From an uncultured bacterium (GTDB taxonomy: Bacteria > Actinomycetota > Acidimicrobiia > Spongiisociales > ZC4RG35), in contig CAVVSY010000004.1 of assembly GCA_963751005.1 (NCBI GenBank), positions 761,808 to 825,807 of the forward strand: a stretch of 64,000 bases of DNA, given 5' to 3'. A program made the position numbers and the translations under genes. The notes beneath the pieces were generated by a model that made no database searches, was not told the origin of the DNA, and saw only the letters and a list, made by a program, of their open reading frames with translations. Below are positions 1 through 10,439 of this stretch, piece after piece; the first letter of the stretch is position 1; every line of letters starts with the position of its first letter.

Positions 1-21
1 CGGTCCCGATGATGCCGACTT

Positions 22-390
22 CTATTCCGTCCATTGGTCGTCCTCCTTCAGTCTTCGAGCAGTGCTTCGGGTGCGATCGGGAGCCTCACCGGTGCCCCGA
101 TGCGCGCCGAGCGGTCCATGGCCATCGTCAGGATCAGGTTGCGATGCCCGTCCTGCGGCGGTGGCATGGGGGGTGGACACCCCGTTCGTCAGCCGGTGGA
201 ACCAGGTCATGGTCTCCTCTCGCATCGGCCCCCAGAGCAGCCCGTCGGAGAGATCTCCCGGCGGGTAGCTGCCGATGAAGTCGACATAGCGTTGCGAGTC
301 GGGCTGGTAACCCTTCGAAGCGTACCCGGCCGGTTGTGCGATCTCGGTGGCCAGGATCACGTCGCGATGGGTGTCTTCGATGTCGATCAC
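22..390 (-). CDS. hypothetical protein; C-terminal half low-complexity, possibly frameshifted
   Basis: ORF whose ATG overlaps the stop of the upstream gene (ATGA at 387-390). N-terminal 70 aa look protein-like; no family recognised. Confidence 0.3.
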   Translation of the reverse strand: MIDIEDTHRDVILATEIAQPAGYASKGYQPDSQRYVDFIGSYPPGDLSDGLLWGPMREETMTWFHRLTNGVSTPHATAAGRASQPDPDDGHGPLGAHRGTGEAPDRTRSTARRLKEDDQWTE

Positions 391-1176
391 ACCCCGGTGC
401 CCACGATCCCGATCTCGAGGCCATAGACAGCCCCTGGCCAGACCGTGGGAAGTGCCCAGCTGATGTTCATGCTCCAGATCGTCCCGTCGTCCATCGTGAA
501 CAGGCCAAACGTGGCGTCCTTGGTCCCCATCTCGCCGAGCACCCGATCGGTGGAGCGGGCGTACACCTCGACCGGGCTCTTCCCCTCCATGAGCCAGAGG
601 GACATGTCGAGGCTGTGGGTGCCGGAGACGACCATTGGCGTCAGGTTCGACCGCTCACTCGTCTTGCGCAGCGTGGCGTCGGGGACCATCCGGTTCATGA
701 AGGCCCGGGTGACGACGCTGGTGACATCACCGATCTGACCGTCACGGAGGCGTTGCTTCACCGCCTGGAACCGGCGGCGAAACCGCTGCGTGTAGCCGAG
801 GACCGCGTCCACTCCCGCTGCTTCGATCGCGGCGAGGACCCGCGCCGAGTCGACCGGATCGGTGGCGAGGGGTTTCTCGATGAAGAGGGGCACACCGAGG
901 TCGACGGCGGCCAGGATCGGGGTGACGTGCTCGTTCTCGGCGGTGGCGACGATCACGGCGTCGATCTCGGCCCGGGCCAGCAGCTCGTCGAGATCGGTGG
1001 TTACGAAGTCTGCGTTCACGTCCTCGGCCCAGCGCACGCCCCGTGCTCTCGTCGACGTCACAAAGCCCGACCCAGCCGACGGCGGGGTGCTCCCGGGCCA
1101 GAACGGCGCGGATACGGCCGACGGTTCCGCATCCGATGATCGCCAGACCGATGCCCGTCAGGCTCATCTCCAGCCC
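387..1176 (-). pseudogene. Gfo/Idh/MocA family oxidoreductase, frameshift near 1050
   Basis: N-terminus MSLTGIGLAIIGCGTVGRIR (Rossmann GxGxxG) lies in the frame of ORF 742-2169. The remainder (EIDAVIVATAENEHV...FIEKPLATD) lies in ORF 387-1061. A one-base shift is evident at about 1045-1060. Confidence 0.6.
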
Positions 1177-2169
1177 CAGCAGACGTGCGGCGTTGCCACC
1201 GACGATCAGGTCGCGCTCGGGCCCGGTCAGGCCGGGGACACGGTCGATCAGGCCGAGGGGGTCGGTCACGCCCATGTCATAGGGATAGTCGGTCCCGAGG
1301 AGGACGTGGTCGGCGCCGTACCGGGTCACCAGGAAACGGAGCTGGTCGGGGGCGAACACCATCGTGTCGAAGTAGAACATGGCGAGGTACTCACTGGGTG
1401 GGCGGGGCAGGCCGTGACGCACGTCCTCACGGGCGTGATAGGCATGGTCGAAGCGCCCGGCATACATGGGCAGGAACCCGCCGCCGTGGGAGAAGACGAA
1501 CTTGAGGTCGGGGAATCGCTCCATGACGCCGTCGAAGATGAGCCGGCCGGCGCAGATGGTCTCCTCCAGCGGGTGGCCGATCGTGTTGATGAAGTAGTGG
1601 TCCATGAGCCGTTGCGGCTCGGTGAACCCGGTCGGGTGGAGGAAGACCATGAGCCCGAGCTGTTCGACCTCCGCCCAGAAGTCGTTGAACCGAGGGCTGG
1701 AGATCTCGACGCCCTCGATGTGCGTCGCCATCTCGATGCCCCTGAAACCGAGCTCGTTCGCACAGCGCCTCAGTTCGGAGACGGCCTGGGACGGGTGCTG
1801 CATCGGGATCGCGCCGAGGGCGAGGAAACGGTCGGGGTGATCGGCCGCGACCTTGGCCAGGTCGTCGTTGACGGTCGAGAACGCCCGAACCGAGAGGTCG
1901 ACGTCGTCGACCCAGTGGTACAGCTGATAGGGGGAGAGGCTCAGGGCCTGGACGTCGACTCCCATCTCGTCCATGGCGGCGATCCTGACGTCGATCGACT
2001 CCATGATCGGGCGGAGGATCTCCAGCTGTTTGCGGTTTACCTCACGGGTCAGCTCGTTCCCCACCTGGAGGGGGCCGCGGCCCAACCGTTCGGCCTCCGG
2101 TTTCACCAGCGCCGCGGCAGCGGCGCATTCCCGGTGGCAATGGACGTCGATCACCCTTTGCCCGCTCAA
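1177..2169 (-). CDS. amidohydrolase-2 family protein (ACMSD/LigW/LigI-like); no stop codon before the MocA start
   Basis: MSGQRVIDVHCH... HGGGFLPMY... GTDYPYD... GGNAARLLGL, characteristic of PF04909. Reads in-frame directly into the MocA start with no stop. Confidence 0.7.
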
Positions 2170-2237
2170 TCTGGCTCCGTTTCCGTGGTTGTTACATCAT
2201 GCACGATATATAGTTTGAACGGGACACGCATCTCCGG

Positions 2238-3293
2238 TCAGTCCAGACCGAACAACCGGGCGGCATTTCCCCCGGCGATCGAGGCGATCTCGTCTGGCCC
2301 CAACCTGGTCCGGGCGAGCAGGCCGAGCGGGTCGGTCTCACCCATGTCGAAGGGGTAGTCCGTTCCGATGAGGAGGTGGTCGGCACCGAAACGGCGGGCC
2401 AACTCGTCCACCAGCGCCGCGTCGAAGACGGTGAGGTCGAAGTACATCTCGGTGAGATACTCGGAGGGAAGCCGGTCGATGTTCTCCCGCATCTCGGGCC
2501 GGTGCCGGAAGGCGTAGTCGGTGCGGGCCCAGTAGAACGGGAGGTAGCCGCCGCCGTGGACCAGGATCATGCGGAGGCCGGGATGACGGTCGAACACGCC
2601 GGCGAGGATCATCCGGGTGACTGCGACCGTGGTCGACAGGGGCATGCCGATGACATTCACCAGGTAGTAGTCGGTGAGACGACGTGCCTCGGTGAATCCG
2701 GCCGGATGGAGGATCACCGATAGCCCGGCTTCCTCGAGCGCCGACCACACCGGATCGAGCTCCGGATCGTCCAGGTCGTCGCCATTGACGTCGGCGCCGA
2801 TCTCCACCGCCGGGAAGCCGAGCTCGGCGACCCGGCGCACTTCGGCCACCGCTGCCGTCGGGTGGCCGAGCGGAAGCGTCCCCACCCCCACCAACCGGTC
2901 TGGTCGGTAGTCGGCGGTGCGGGCGATGGTCTCGTTCTGCAGGGAAGCCACCCGTGGGGCGAGCTCGGCGTCAGCCCAGTAGAAGTAGTGAAACGGGGTC
3001 AGGGCCACCAGCTGGACGTCGATGCCCATGGCGTCCATGTCGGCGAGCCGCGTCGCCGGATCGGTGTACTTGTCCTGGGCCAGACGATAGAACTCGGCGT
3101 TCACCTCGTTGGTCACCGGCGAGGAGAAGAAGCTGCGCGGCTCGTACTCGGGCCGGAAGTGGGGTTTGGTCATGGCTGCCGACTCGGGGACCATCATGTG
3201 AGCGTGGACGTCGACCGTCCTCACGGCGAGCTTCGCCGTCTCGGTGGGTGCCCAGGCCTCGACCCAGCTCTGCGGTGTGCTCGCGTCGCTCAT
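2238..3293 (-). CDS. amidohydrolase-2 family protein (ACMSD-like), paralog 2
   Basis: VDVHAHMM... VHGGGYLPFY... GTDYPFDMG... GGNAARLFGL; intact 351 aa ORF. Confidence 0.8.
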   Translation of the reverse strand: MSDASTPQSWVEAWAPTETAKLAVRTVDVHAHMMVPESAAMTKPHFRPEYEPRSFFSSPVTNEVNAEFYRLAQDKYTDPATRLADMDAMGIDVQLVALTPFHYFYWADAELAPRVASLQNETIARTADYRPDRLVGVGTLPLGHPTAAVAEVRRVAELGFPAVEIGADVNGDDLDDPELDPVWSALEEAGLSVILHPAGFTEARRLTDYYLVNVIGMPLSTTVAVTRMILAGVFDRHPGLRMILVHGGGYLPFYWARTDYAFRHRPEMRENIDRLPSEYLTEMYFDLTVFDAALVDELARRFGADHLLIGTDYPFDMGETDPLGLLARTRLGPDEIASIAGGNAARLFGLD

Positions 3294-4204
3294 CCCACGC
3301 GTCCGATCCCCGCCCGACGCCGCACCACCTCGACGATCGCCGAGTTGTCGTAGTCGGAGAGACCTGAGCCCTCACCCTCGGCCAGGGCCGCCGCCACCAC
3401 CTCGACGAGGTCGGTGGGAGCACCGACAGACTGGCCGTGCTCCACGATGAGACGGGCGTCCTTGCTCCCCTGGCGGAGACGTGAGGCCGGCAGCTCGTGA
3501 TCGCCGGCGATCATCCGATCTCCCCAGGCGTCCATGGCTCGGGAGTAGGCGAGCCCGTCCTTGAGGACTCCGAGGGTGGCGTCGAGATCGAGCCCGGCGA
3601 GCTCGGCAACGACCAGCGCCTCGGCGAGGGCCATGCGATGGAGGGTCAAGACATGATTCACCAGCAGCTTCATCCGGCTTCCTGCTCCGACGCCGCCGAC
3701 GTGATGATGGGACCGGCCGATCGCCTCGAACATCGGGATCCCGTCGGTGAAGGCGTCCGCGGGCCCGCCCATCATCACCACCAGCTCTCCACGGGCGGCG
3801 ATGTCGGCGTTTCCGCTCACCGTGGTGTCGCAATAGGTGATGCCATGCGGGGCCAAGGCTGCCGCCACAGCCACTGCGTCGTCCGGTCGGCCAGTCGTGG
3901 TGTCGTGGATGATCAGCGGGGAGACGTTCGAGCCGGCGATGCCATCGTCACCGAGACACACCCGTCGAGTCACCCCGGAGTCGGGCAGGGACAGGATCGC
4001 CCTCCGGCACCCGGTGACGGCCGCTGCCGGCGACGTGGCCGGGATCCCGCCGGTGGCGACGAACTCCGACATGCGGTCGGCGTCGGGGTCGTAGCCCTGC
4101 AGCCGGAAACCATGTGCGGTGAGCTGTGCCGCCATCCGCGATCCCATGAGACCGAGCCCGATCATGGCGATCGTGTCATGACTCGGGGCCTCGGGCTGCG
4201 GCAT
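3290..4204 (-). CDS. NAD(P)-dependent oxidoreductase, 3-hydroxyisobutyrate/6-phosphogluconate dehydrogenase NAD-binding family
   Basis: IAMIGLGLMGSRMA Rossmann motif; HIBADH-like length; start overlaps the upstream stop. Confidence 0.75.
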   Translation of the reverse strand: MPQPEAPSHDTIAMIGLGLMGSRMAAQLTAHGFRLQGYDPDADRMSEFVATGGIPATSPAAAVTGCRRAILSLPDSGVTRRVCLGDDGIAGSNVSPLIIHDTTTGRPDDAVAVAAALAPHGITYCDTTVSGNADIAARGELVVMMGGPADAFTDGIPMFEAIGRSHHHVGGVGAGSRMKLLVNHVLTLHRMALAEALVVAELAGLDLDATLGVLKDGLAYSRAMDAWGDRMIAGDHELPASRLRQGSKDARLIVEHGQSVGAPTDLVEVVAAALAEGEGSGLSDYDNSAIVEVVRRRAGIGRVG

Positions 4205-4206
4205 GG

Positions 4207-4875
4207 TCAGTCCCGAACGGGGATCGTCAGATGGCGCAGCGTCACTTCGGTGAGTGTGTCGACGTCGCCCTCCTGGGCCGCCCGGAGCATTGCGTGGTGC
4301 TCGATCGTGGCGGTCTCTTTGAGGCTCGGGCTGCGCTGCAACGTAGCGCTCACGAAGACCACCGTCGTGTCCTGGAGCCCCTCGATCACGGAAACCAGCC
4401 GCCGCGAGGCGGCTGCTTCGTAGATCTTCCGATGGAAGGCTCGGTTGCCGTGGATCCAGACGTCCCAGCTGTCCGAGGCGGCCATGTCGGCCAGGATCTG
4501 CTGGCAGTCGGCGAGTATCTCCTGGGTCATGCCCGCGACCGCCTCCTCGATCGCCATCGGCTCGAGCACCTGTCTGATCCGGACGATCTCCTCCGCCTCG
4601 GTCCGGGTCACGGCGGTCACCACCCCACCCCGGTAGCTGTCCAGGCGAACCAGACCTTCGAAGGACAGCTCGCGGAGCGCCTCACGGACCGGTGTGGTGC
4701 TCACGTCGAATATCGATGCCAGATCGGTCAGTCCGAGCCTGGTGCCACCGGCGAGCTCCCCGGTGAGGATCGAGCGTCGCAACGAGGCGGAGACGAAGTC
4801 GGTGGCGGTGCGGGGACGCGCCAGCTTGCTGAGACTCGTGTCCAGCGCGTCCTTGCTCATCCCGGCGTCAGTCAT
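4207..4875 (-). CDS. GntR-family transcriptional regulator (FadR/FCD subfamily)
   Basis: N-terminal winged-HTH (LASIFDVSTTPVREALRELSFEGLV) plus a C-terminal FCD-like helical domain; 222 aa. Confidence 0.8.
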   Translation of the reverse strand: MTDAGMSKDALDTSLSKLARPRTATDFVSASLRRSILTGELAGGTRLGLTDLASIFDVSTTPVREALRELSFEGLVRLDSYRGGVVTAVTRTEAEEIVRIRQVLEPMAIEEAVAGMTQEILADCQQILADMAASDSWDVWIHGNRAFHRKIYEAAASRRLVSVIEGLQDTTVVFVSATLQRSPSLKETATIEHHAMLRAAQEGDVDTLTEVTLRHLTIPVRD

Positions 4876-4884
4876 CGGTCACCC

Positions 4885-5750
4885 TCAGATCACCGGGTTG
4901 CGCAGGGTGCCGATGCGATCGATCGAGACCTCGACCACATCCCCGGACGCCAGGTAGCGGGGCGGGTCGAAGCCGATCCCCACACCCAATCCGGTCCCGG
5001 TCGCGATCACGTCACCTGACTCCAGGGTCATCACCTCGCTCAGTGTGGCAATGAGGTCGGCGACTCCAAAGATGAGAGCGGAGATCGGGGCCTCCTGACG
5101 GAGCTCACCGTTCACCCGGGTCCGCAACCACGACGTCTCGATGTCGGGCAGCTCGTCGATGGTGACGATCCAGGGACCGATCGGGCAGAACGTGTCAGGG
5201 CTCTTCCCGATGTGCCATTGGACGTGACGCTTCTGCAGGTCGCGCGCCGTCACGTCGTTCAAGATCGTCCATCCGAACACATGGTCGAGGGCCCGTTCAT
5301 GGCTGACGCCTTTGGCAGCGGGCCCGATGACGACAGCCATCTCCCCCTCGTAGTCGGTCGTGCCGGTGGGGTCGTTGGCGAGGACGATCGGCTCGTCGGG
5401 CCCGATGATCGAAGTCGGGGCCTTGGTGAAGATCACCGGATGATCGGGGATCATCTGCGTCTCGGAGGCGTCGAAGCCCGAGGCCGAGAACTCGGCGGCG
5501 TGGTCGCGGTAGTTGCGACCTACTGCGAAGACGTTCTTTCGTGGCACCAGGGGGGCGAGCAGGGTGACGTCGGCCAGGTCGTGTCGTGGTGCCGTAGCCA
5601 CCGCCGAGGACACCACGGCGCCGTCCCAGCTCCGATCAGGTCCGTCATGTCGTCGGGCAGACCCGATCCCGTGAGATCGGCGATGGTGTCGTCGTCTCCC
5701 ACGACGCCGATCCGGATCTGCCCGTCTGTCTGGAATCTGGCGAGACGCAT
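4885..5750 (-). CDS. fumarylacetoacetate hydrolase (FAH) family protein, frameshift near 5640
   Basis: N-terminus MRLARFQTDGQIRIGVVGDDD lies in the frame of ORF 5520-5843. The body (LLAPLVPRKNVFAVGRNYRDHAAE... GTGLGVG... GDVVEVSIDRIGTLRNPV) lies in ORF 4885-5769. Confidence 0.65.
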
Positions 5751-5773
5751 CAGGACGCAGAGGATACATCCTG

Positions 5774-5787
5774 CACGATGCATCGTG
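5774..5787. promoter_or_regulatory. 14-bp perfect palindrome CACGATGCATCGTG in the promoter region of the FAH-GntR operon
   Basis: Read directly from the sequence; sits 24-37 bp upstream of the FAH start codon; a related TGCACGAT motif recurs at 2197-2215. Confidence 0.3.
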
Positions 5788-5808
5788 TAGACATGCCTGG
5801 TCGGTTTC

Positions 5809-5855
5809 AAGCGTGAGTAGTTGAAGTCGCCATGCGACTTCAACTACTCACGCTT
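5809..5855. repeat. 22-bp perfect inverted repeat with 3-nt loop, overlapping the stop codon of the ABC ATPase gene
   Basis: aaGCGTGAGTAGTTGAAGTCGC-cat-GCGACTTCAACTACTCACGCtt. No U-tract follows. Closely related in sequence to the hairpin at 12404-12450. Confidence 0.55.
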
Positions 5856-6587
5856 CTCCAACGTCTCCCAGACCCGGGCAATTGCGGTGAGGAGCTCGGG
5901 GTGGTGCGGGTGGAGATCGAGCCGGGGCCGGGGGGCAGCGACCTCGATGGTGTCGACCAAGGGCCCGGCCCCGGGTCTCATGACCGACACCCGATCGGCC
6001 ATCACGACGGCCTCCTCCACGTCGTGGGTGACCAGGAGGACGGTGCGGGGGTCGAGCTGCCAGTGGGTCTCGAACTCCTCACGCATGCGGATCCGGCCGA
6101 GTGCGTCGATGTGGGCGAACGGCTCGTCGAGGAGGACCACCTCGCTGTCGTGGGCGATTCCCCGGCCCAAGCCGGCCATGGTCTGCTGACCGAGTGAGAG
6201 CGTGTCCGGCTTCCTGTCCCCGAATCGTTGGAGACCCACCTGCCTCGTGTAGAAGTCGCGGATCCGGTGGTACAACGCCGGAGGCCGTGACCCGAACTCG
6301 GGGCCGATGGCGATGTTGCGCCCGACCGACCAGTGCGGGAGCAATCGCGGCTCCTGGAAGACGACGGCCGTGATGTTGTCGCGGCGCCGCTCCCCGATGA
6401 ACTCGATCCGCCCCGTCGTCGGCTCGGCGAGACCAGCGACGATGCGGAGCAAGGTGGTCTTCCCACAGCCATTGGGCCCGACCACGGCATGGACGCTGCC
6501 CGAGGCGACGTCGAGATCGAGGTCGGACAGGGTGTCCATGGTCTCGCCTTCGTACCGGTACGAGACCCCTCGGAGCAGCACTTGCAC
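5844..6587 (-). CDS. ABC transporter ATP-binding protein, nitrate/sulfonate/taurine (NitT/TauT) type
   Basis: Walker A GPNGCGKTT, signature LSLGQQ, Walker B VVLLDEPF, H-loop VTHD; intact 247 aa. Confidence 0.8.
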   Translation of the reverse strand: MQVLLRGVSYRYEGETMDTLSDLDLDVASGSVHAVVGPNGCGKTTLLRIVAGLAEPTTGRIEFIGERRRDNITAVVFQEPRLLPHWSVGRNIAIGPEFGSRPPALYHRIRDFYTRQVGLQRFGDRKPDTLSLGQQTMAGLGRGIAHDSEVVLLDEPFAHIDALGRIRMREEFETHWQLDPRTVLLVTHDVEEAVVMADRVSVMRPGAGPLVDTIEVAAPRPRLDLHPHHPELLTAIARVWETLEKRE

Positions 6588-6620
6588 GTCAGTTCTCCCT
6601 CATCGGTGAGATCCGTCGCC

Positions 6621-6635
6621 CTTTGCGATGCAAAG
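6621..6635. promoter_or_regulatory. inverted repeat CTTTGC-GAT-GCAAAG in the divergent promoter region
   Basis: Read from the sequence; lies between the minus-strand ATPase start (6587) and the plus-strand SBP start (6706). Confidence 0.25.
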
Positions 6636-6705
6636 TATGGTTTGTTTCATATATGATCCCACCGGTCCTTCCGTCAGGTGGGACGTATGAGTGAGGAGGT
6701 AAATC

Positions 6706-7750
6706 GTGCGAGCACGATCGAGATGGTTGTGGGTCGCCATGGTCACGGTACTGACGCTCGTGGTCGCCACGTGCGGCGATGACACGGGCGAGGGAGGCGA
6801 GGAGGGGGACGGGCGAACCGTCATCCGGTTCGCCTTCGCACCGGAGCCGGTCTGGGACTACGATGAAGGACAACGGGATGATCGTGGAGTGGGAAGAGGA
6901 GAACAACACTCGCATCGTGACCAGCAGCCACCTGGGACGAGTTCACCTACTTCGCCGGCGGACACGGGGACATCGTCTCGATGGCCACCCAGGAGATGCC
7001 GGTCCTCGAAGCACAGACCGGGATCGATACGGTGACGTTCGGCAAGTACAACTACCAGCGCGTCCCAATGCTCACGCGGGCAGACGACCGGCTACGAGAC
7101 GCTTGGCCGACATCGCGCCAGGGCTCGACCGATCTGCGTCAACAGCCCGACGTCCAACACCGGGTTCTGGGGCGGTGCGCGGCGAAGGAGCTGCATGGCC
7201 TCGACTACCGGGTCGGTGGCGGCGACTTCAAGCTGCATGGTCAACGACCACTTCGTGAACCCGGACGAACCTGCTGAACGGCGACTGTGAGGCGGCGGCG
7301 ATCATCCCCGAGGCGGCGAGCCCATAGCATGCGCACCGGCGAGCTGGAGATCATGTACGACGGCAAGACCGCCGTTCCAGCTGTACAACGAGTTCGCCCC
7401 GGTGGACGACGGCCAACAGCACGTCATGTCGCAACATCTTCACGGCCACCAAGGAGTTGTCCGACGCCAATCCCGAGGACGTCGCGCGGCATTCCTGGTG
7501 CTCTGGCAGCGCGGCGTCGATGCGTGGCAGGACCAGACAGGCCGACATCATCGCGCACGTATCCGCAGCACTTCTCGGTGGAGTCCGACGAGGACATCGA
7601 CTACATCGATGGATTACATGAGCTGGCGACGAGCAACTGGTTCGTCGACATCGGTGTACCTGGAGAGCGAGGAGTGGATCGAGACCGAGCAGCGCGATCT
7701 GGGACTTCAAGAAGCAATCTGAACCCGGAGAACGACAACTATCTCGACGC
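6706..7750 (+). pseudogene. NMT1/SsuA-like ABC substrate-binding lipoprotein, multiply frameshifted
   Basis: Lipoprotein signal LTLVVATCGDD, then VIRFAFAPEPVWDY. The remaining fragments are scattered across all three plus frames. Confidence 0.5.
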
Positions 7751-7878
7751 CGGACGCTCCGAAAGGCCCGAGTTCATCGTGCTCGAGCCCGCGTCCAGCT
7801 AGAGCAATGATCGGAGGCGGGACGGCCGTCGTGCCGTCCCCCGCTTCTTAGCAGTCCCCCACAGGAGATGTCCAGGCA

Positions 7879-8727
7879 GTGACTGTCGACCCTCGAGAAG
7901 ACGCAGGCGCCACGGTCAGCGCTGAGAGAAGAGCGACTGATCGAACTGCGCCGGAGCGCAGGACCGCGCAGAAGTGGTTCTGGCGGGTCGCCGGCTACGT
8001 GTTCATCCTGGGCACCTGGGAGTTCTCCTCGTCGGTGGTGTTCGATGCCCGGGTCGTCCTCCGGGCCGGTCGACGATCATCCAGGCGTTCCCGGTGATCA
8101 CCGGGGAAGGCCAGCTTCCTGGAGAGCTACGCCGCCACTCTGACCAGGATCGGCGTCGGGTTCACCCTGGCCTTCGCTTGTCGGCGTCCTGCTCGGCATC
8201 GCTCATGCAGATCCGCATGGATGGACGGGTTCTTCAAAGACGCCATCACCATCGGCCTGGCCACCCCGGGCCTGGTCTGGGCGCTGTCACCGGATTGGTG
8301 ATCTGGGGGTTCGAGCCGCAGGGCTGGATCTTCGCCATCTTCCTCACCACTTACGCCCTGGTGACCGTCAACATCGCCGAAGGGGTCCGAGCCCTGCCCA
8401 AGGACCTGATCGACATGTCCCGTGCCTTCGGCGTGGACCAACTGGCGACGGCAGCGTGACGTGGTGATCCCGTTCCTCGCTCCGTTCCTCTTCACCGCAC
8501 TTCGCTTCGGGTTCTCTATCGGGTGGAAGGTCACGGTCCTCACCGAGGTCTTCTCGTCGAACAAGGGCATCGGCTTCGAGATGAGAGTGGCGACGCAGTT
8601 GTTCAAGATGGACGAGTTCTTCGCCTGGGCCCTCTCGTTCTTCGTGTTCGCACTCATCCTGGAGAAGCTGGTCCTCCAGCACTACGAGCGGAAGTTCTTC
8701 CGCTGGCGTGAGGAGGTGGCGACATGA
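7879..8727 (+). pseudogene. ABC permease (NitT/TauT family), multiply frameshifted
   Basis: Fragments WRVAGYVFILGTWEF, IIQAFPVITGEGQLP, IFLTTYALVTVNIAEGVRALPKDLIDMSRAFG and the C-terminal LTEVFSSNKGIGFEM sit in three different frames. Confidence 0.5.
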
Positions 8728-9560
8728 CCGTCACGGTGAGCCGGGCCCCGTGCCGTCCGCAAGTCGGGGTGGCGTACGCGCCCTCACCTCGCCGACGACC
8801 GCCCGGATCCTCTTCCCGTTCGTCGTCATCGCGGTCTGGTACTGGATCTACTACACGATCGACTCTCGGATCTTCCCGACCCCCCTCGAGGTGCTGGAGT
8901 TCATGTGGGAGGAGATCACCCTCACCAGCGGGGTCACCTACAGCAGTGTCGCCACCAACCTCTACGGGCAGTTCGGGATATCGATCCTGCGTCTCACCAT
9001 CGGGTTCACGGTGGCCGTGATCCTGGGGACGGCGATCGGTCTCGGCATGGGTGTCTCCAAGCGCGGTGGACGCCTTCTTCCACGACCCGGTGATGGCGGT
9101 CCTCGCCATGCCCGCCCTGGTGTGGGCCCTGTTCCTGCGGCATCGTCTTCGGGTTCGGGCACTGGGCGCCGGTCATGACCGTGATCCTCGACCGGCATCC
9201 CCTTCGTGATCATCAACGTGCGGGAGGGGGTCCGGAACACCCCCAAGGAGTTGGTCGACATGGCCAAGTCGTTCGAGGTGCCCCAGGACAAGATCACCCG
9301 CCACGTGCTCATGCCGTCGTTGATGCCGTTCTTCTTCGCCGCCATGCGGTATTGCGTACTCGATCGGGTGGAAGGGTTTCGTGGTCGCCGAGGTGTTCGC
9401 CTCCCAGGTGGGCATGGGCTGGACCATCAAGTTCTGGTACGACGCCCACCGGGCCAAGGGCGTGATCGGATATGCCCTCTTCTTCATCATCTTCGCCCTG
9501 GCGTTGGAGAAGCTGGTGTTCGATCGTCTGGCGAGACGGGCGTTCAAGTGGCGGCCACAG
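8724..9560 (+). pseudogene. second ABC permease (NitT/TauT family), multiply frameshifted
   Basis: ILFPFVVIAVWYWIYYTIDSRIFPTPLEV... INVREGVRNTPKELVDMAKSF... FASQVGMGWTIKFWYDAH split across three frames; ATGA overlap with the previous gene. Confidence 0.5.
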
Positions 9561-9689
9561 CTGGGCGCCTACGAGTTGGCCGAGGAGCGACTTCGCCGGA
9601 GTCGCCAGGCGAGGCGGTTCCGTCCTCGAAGGCGACGAGATCAGGGCAGAGCGTCCAGGTGACAGGACCGATGGAAGGAAACACGGGCA

Positions 9690-10435
9690 ATGGCTGAGAT
9701 CAAAGTGGAGAACCTGCAAAAGGAGTTCGGTGTCGGCGACGACCGTGTCGTCGCTCTGGAGAACGTGAACCTGGCGATCTCGCGGGCATGTCTTCGTCTC
9801 TATCGTGGGCCCCTCCGGGTGCGGCAAGTCGACGCTGCTCAACATCCTCAGCGGCATCGAGACGCCGAGCAGCGGGCCAGGTGACGATCACCCAGGACGA
9901 CCGGGAGGCCGAGCCCGGCTACGTCTTTCAAGCGGCGCGGCTGCTCCCGTGGCGGACCGTGATGGACAATCTGCTGTTCGTCCAGAAGGAAGAGACGACG
10001 ACGCCGCACGCGAGAGATGCCAGCGCTACCTCGACATGGTCCAGCTTGGCGACAAGGTGGACAAGTACCCCGGCGAGCTCTCCGGTGGCATGCAGCAACG
10101 CGTCGGGATCGCCCGGGCGTTCTCGATCGAGCCCGACGTGCTGTTCATGGACGAGCCTTTCAGCCATCTCGACGCGATCACGGCGAGGTCATTGCGGCGG
10201 GAGCTCCACCACGATGTGGGTCCAGACCCGGAAGACCGTCCTCTTCGTCACCCACGACGTCGGGGAGGCCGTCGAGCTCTCCAATCGGATCCTCGTGTTC
10301 GCCAAGGGCGGGAAGCTGAAGGACGACATCCAGGTCGAGCTGCCCTTCCCTCGGGACCCTTCGGATGATGCCGTCGCGATCACTAAGGCCGCCGTCCTCC
10401 GGCAGTTCGAGGAGCTCGACCTGGTCGCCAGCTAG
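9690..10435 (+). pseudogene. ABC ATP-binding protein (NitT/TauT type), multiply frameshifted
   Basis: MAEIKVENLQKEFGV, GPSGCGKSTLLNILSG, LSGGMQQRVGIARA and LFVTHDVGEAVELSNRILV lie in different frames. Confidence 0.5.
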
Positions 10436-10439
10436 GGCG

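Noticed and set aside
336-2358. Long plus-strand ORFs (336-1139, 862-2358) overlapping the minus-strand amidohydrolase and oxidoreductase genes
   Set aside because: Arg/Gly/Pro-rich low-complexity translations typical of antisense frames in about 70% GC DNA. The minus-strand frames contain recognisable enzyme motifs.
5520-6189. Small ORFs starting inside the hairpins (MKSHGDFNYSRL..., MKSPCDFNYSRF..., and MQMKSHSDF... at 12410)
   Set aside because: They are mirror-image translations of the two arms of perfect palindromes; artefacts of the inverted repeats, not genes.
7191-7206. GCGACTTCAAGCTGCA in the decayed SBP gene resembling one arm of the hairpin family
   Set aside because: No complementary partner arm nearby; likely chance similarity.
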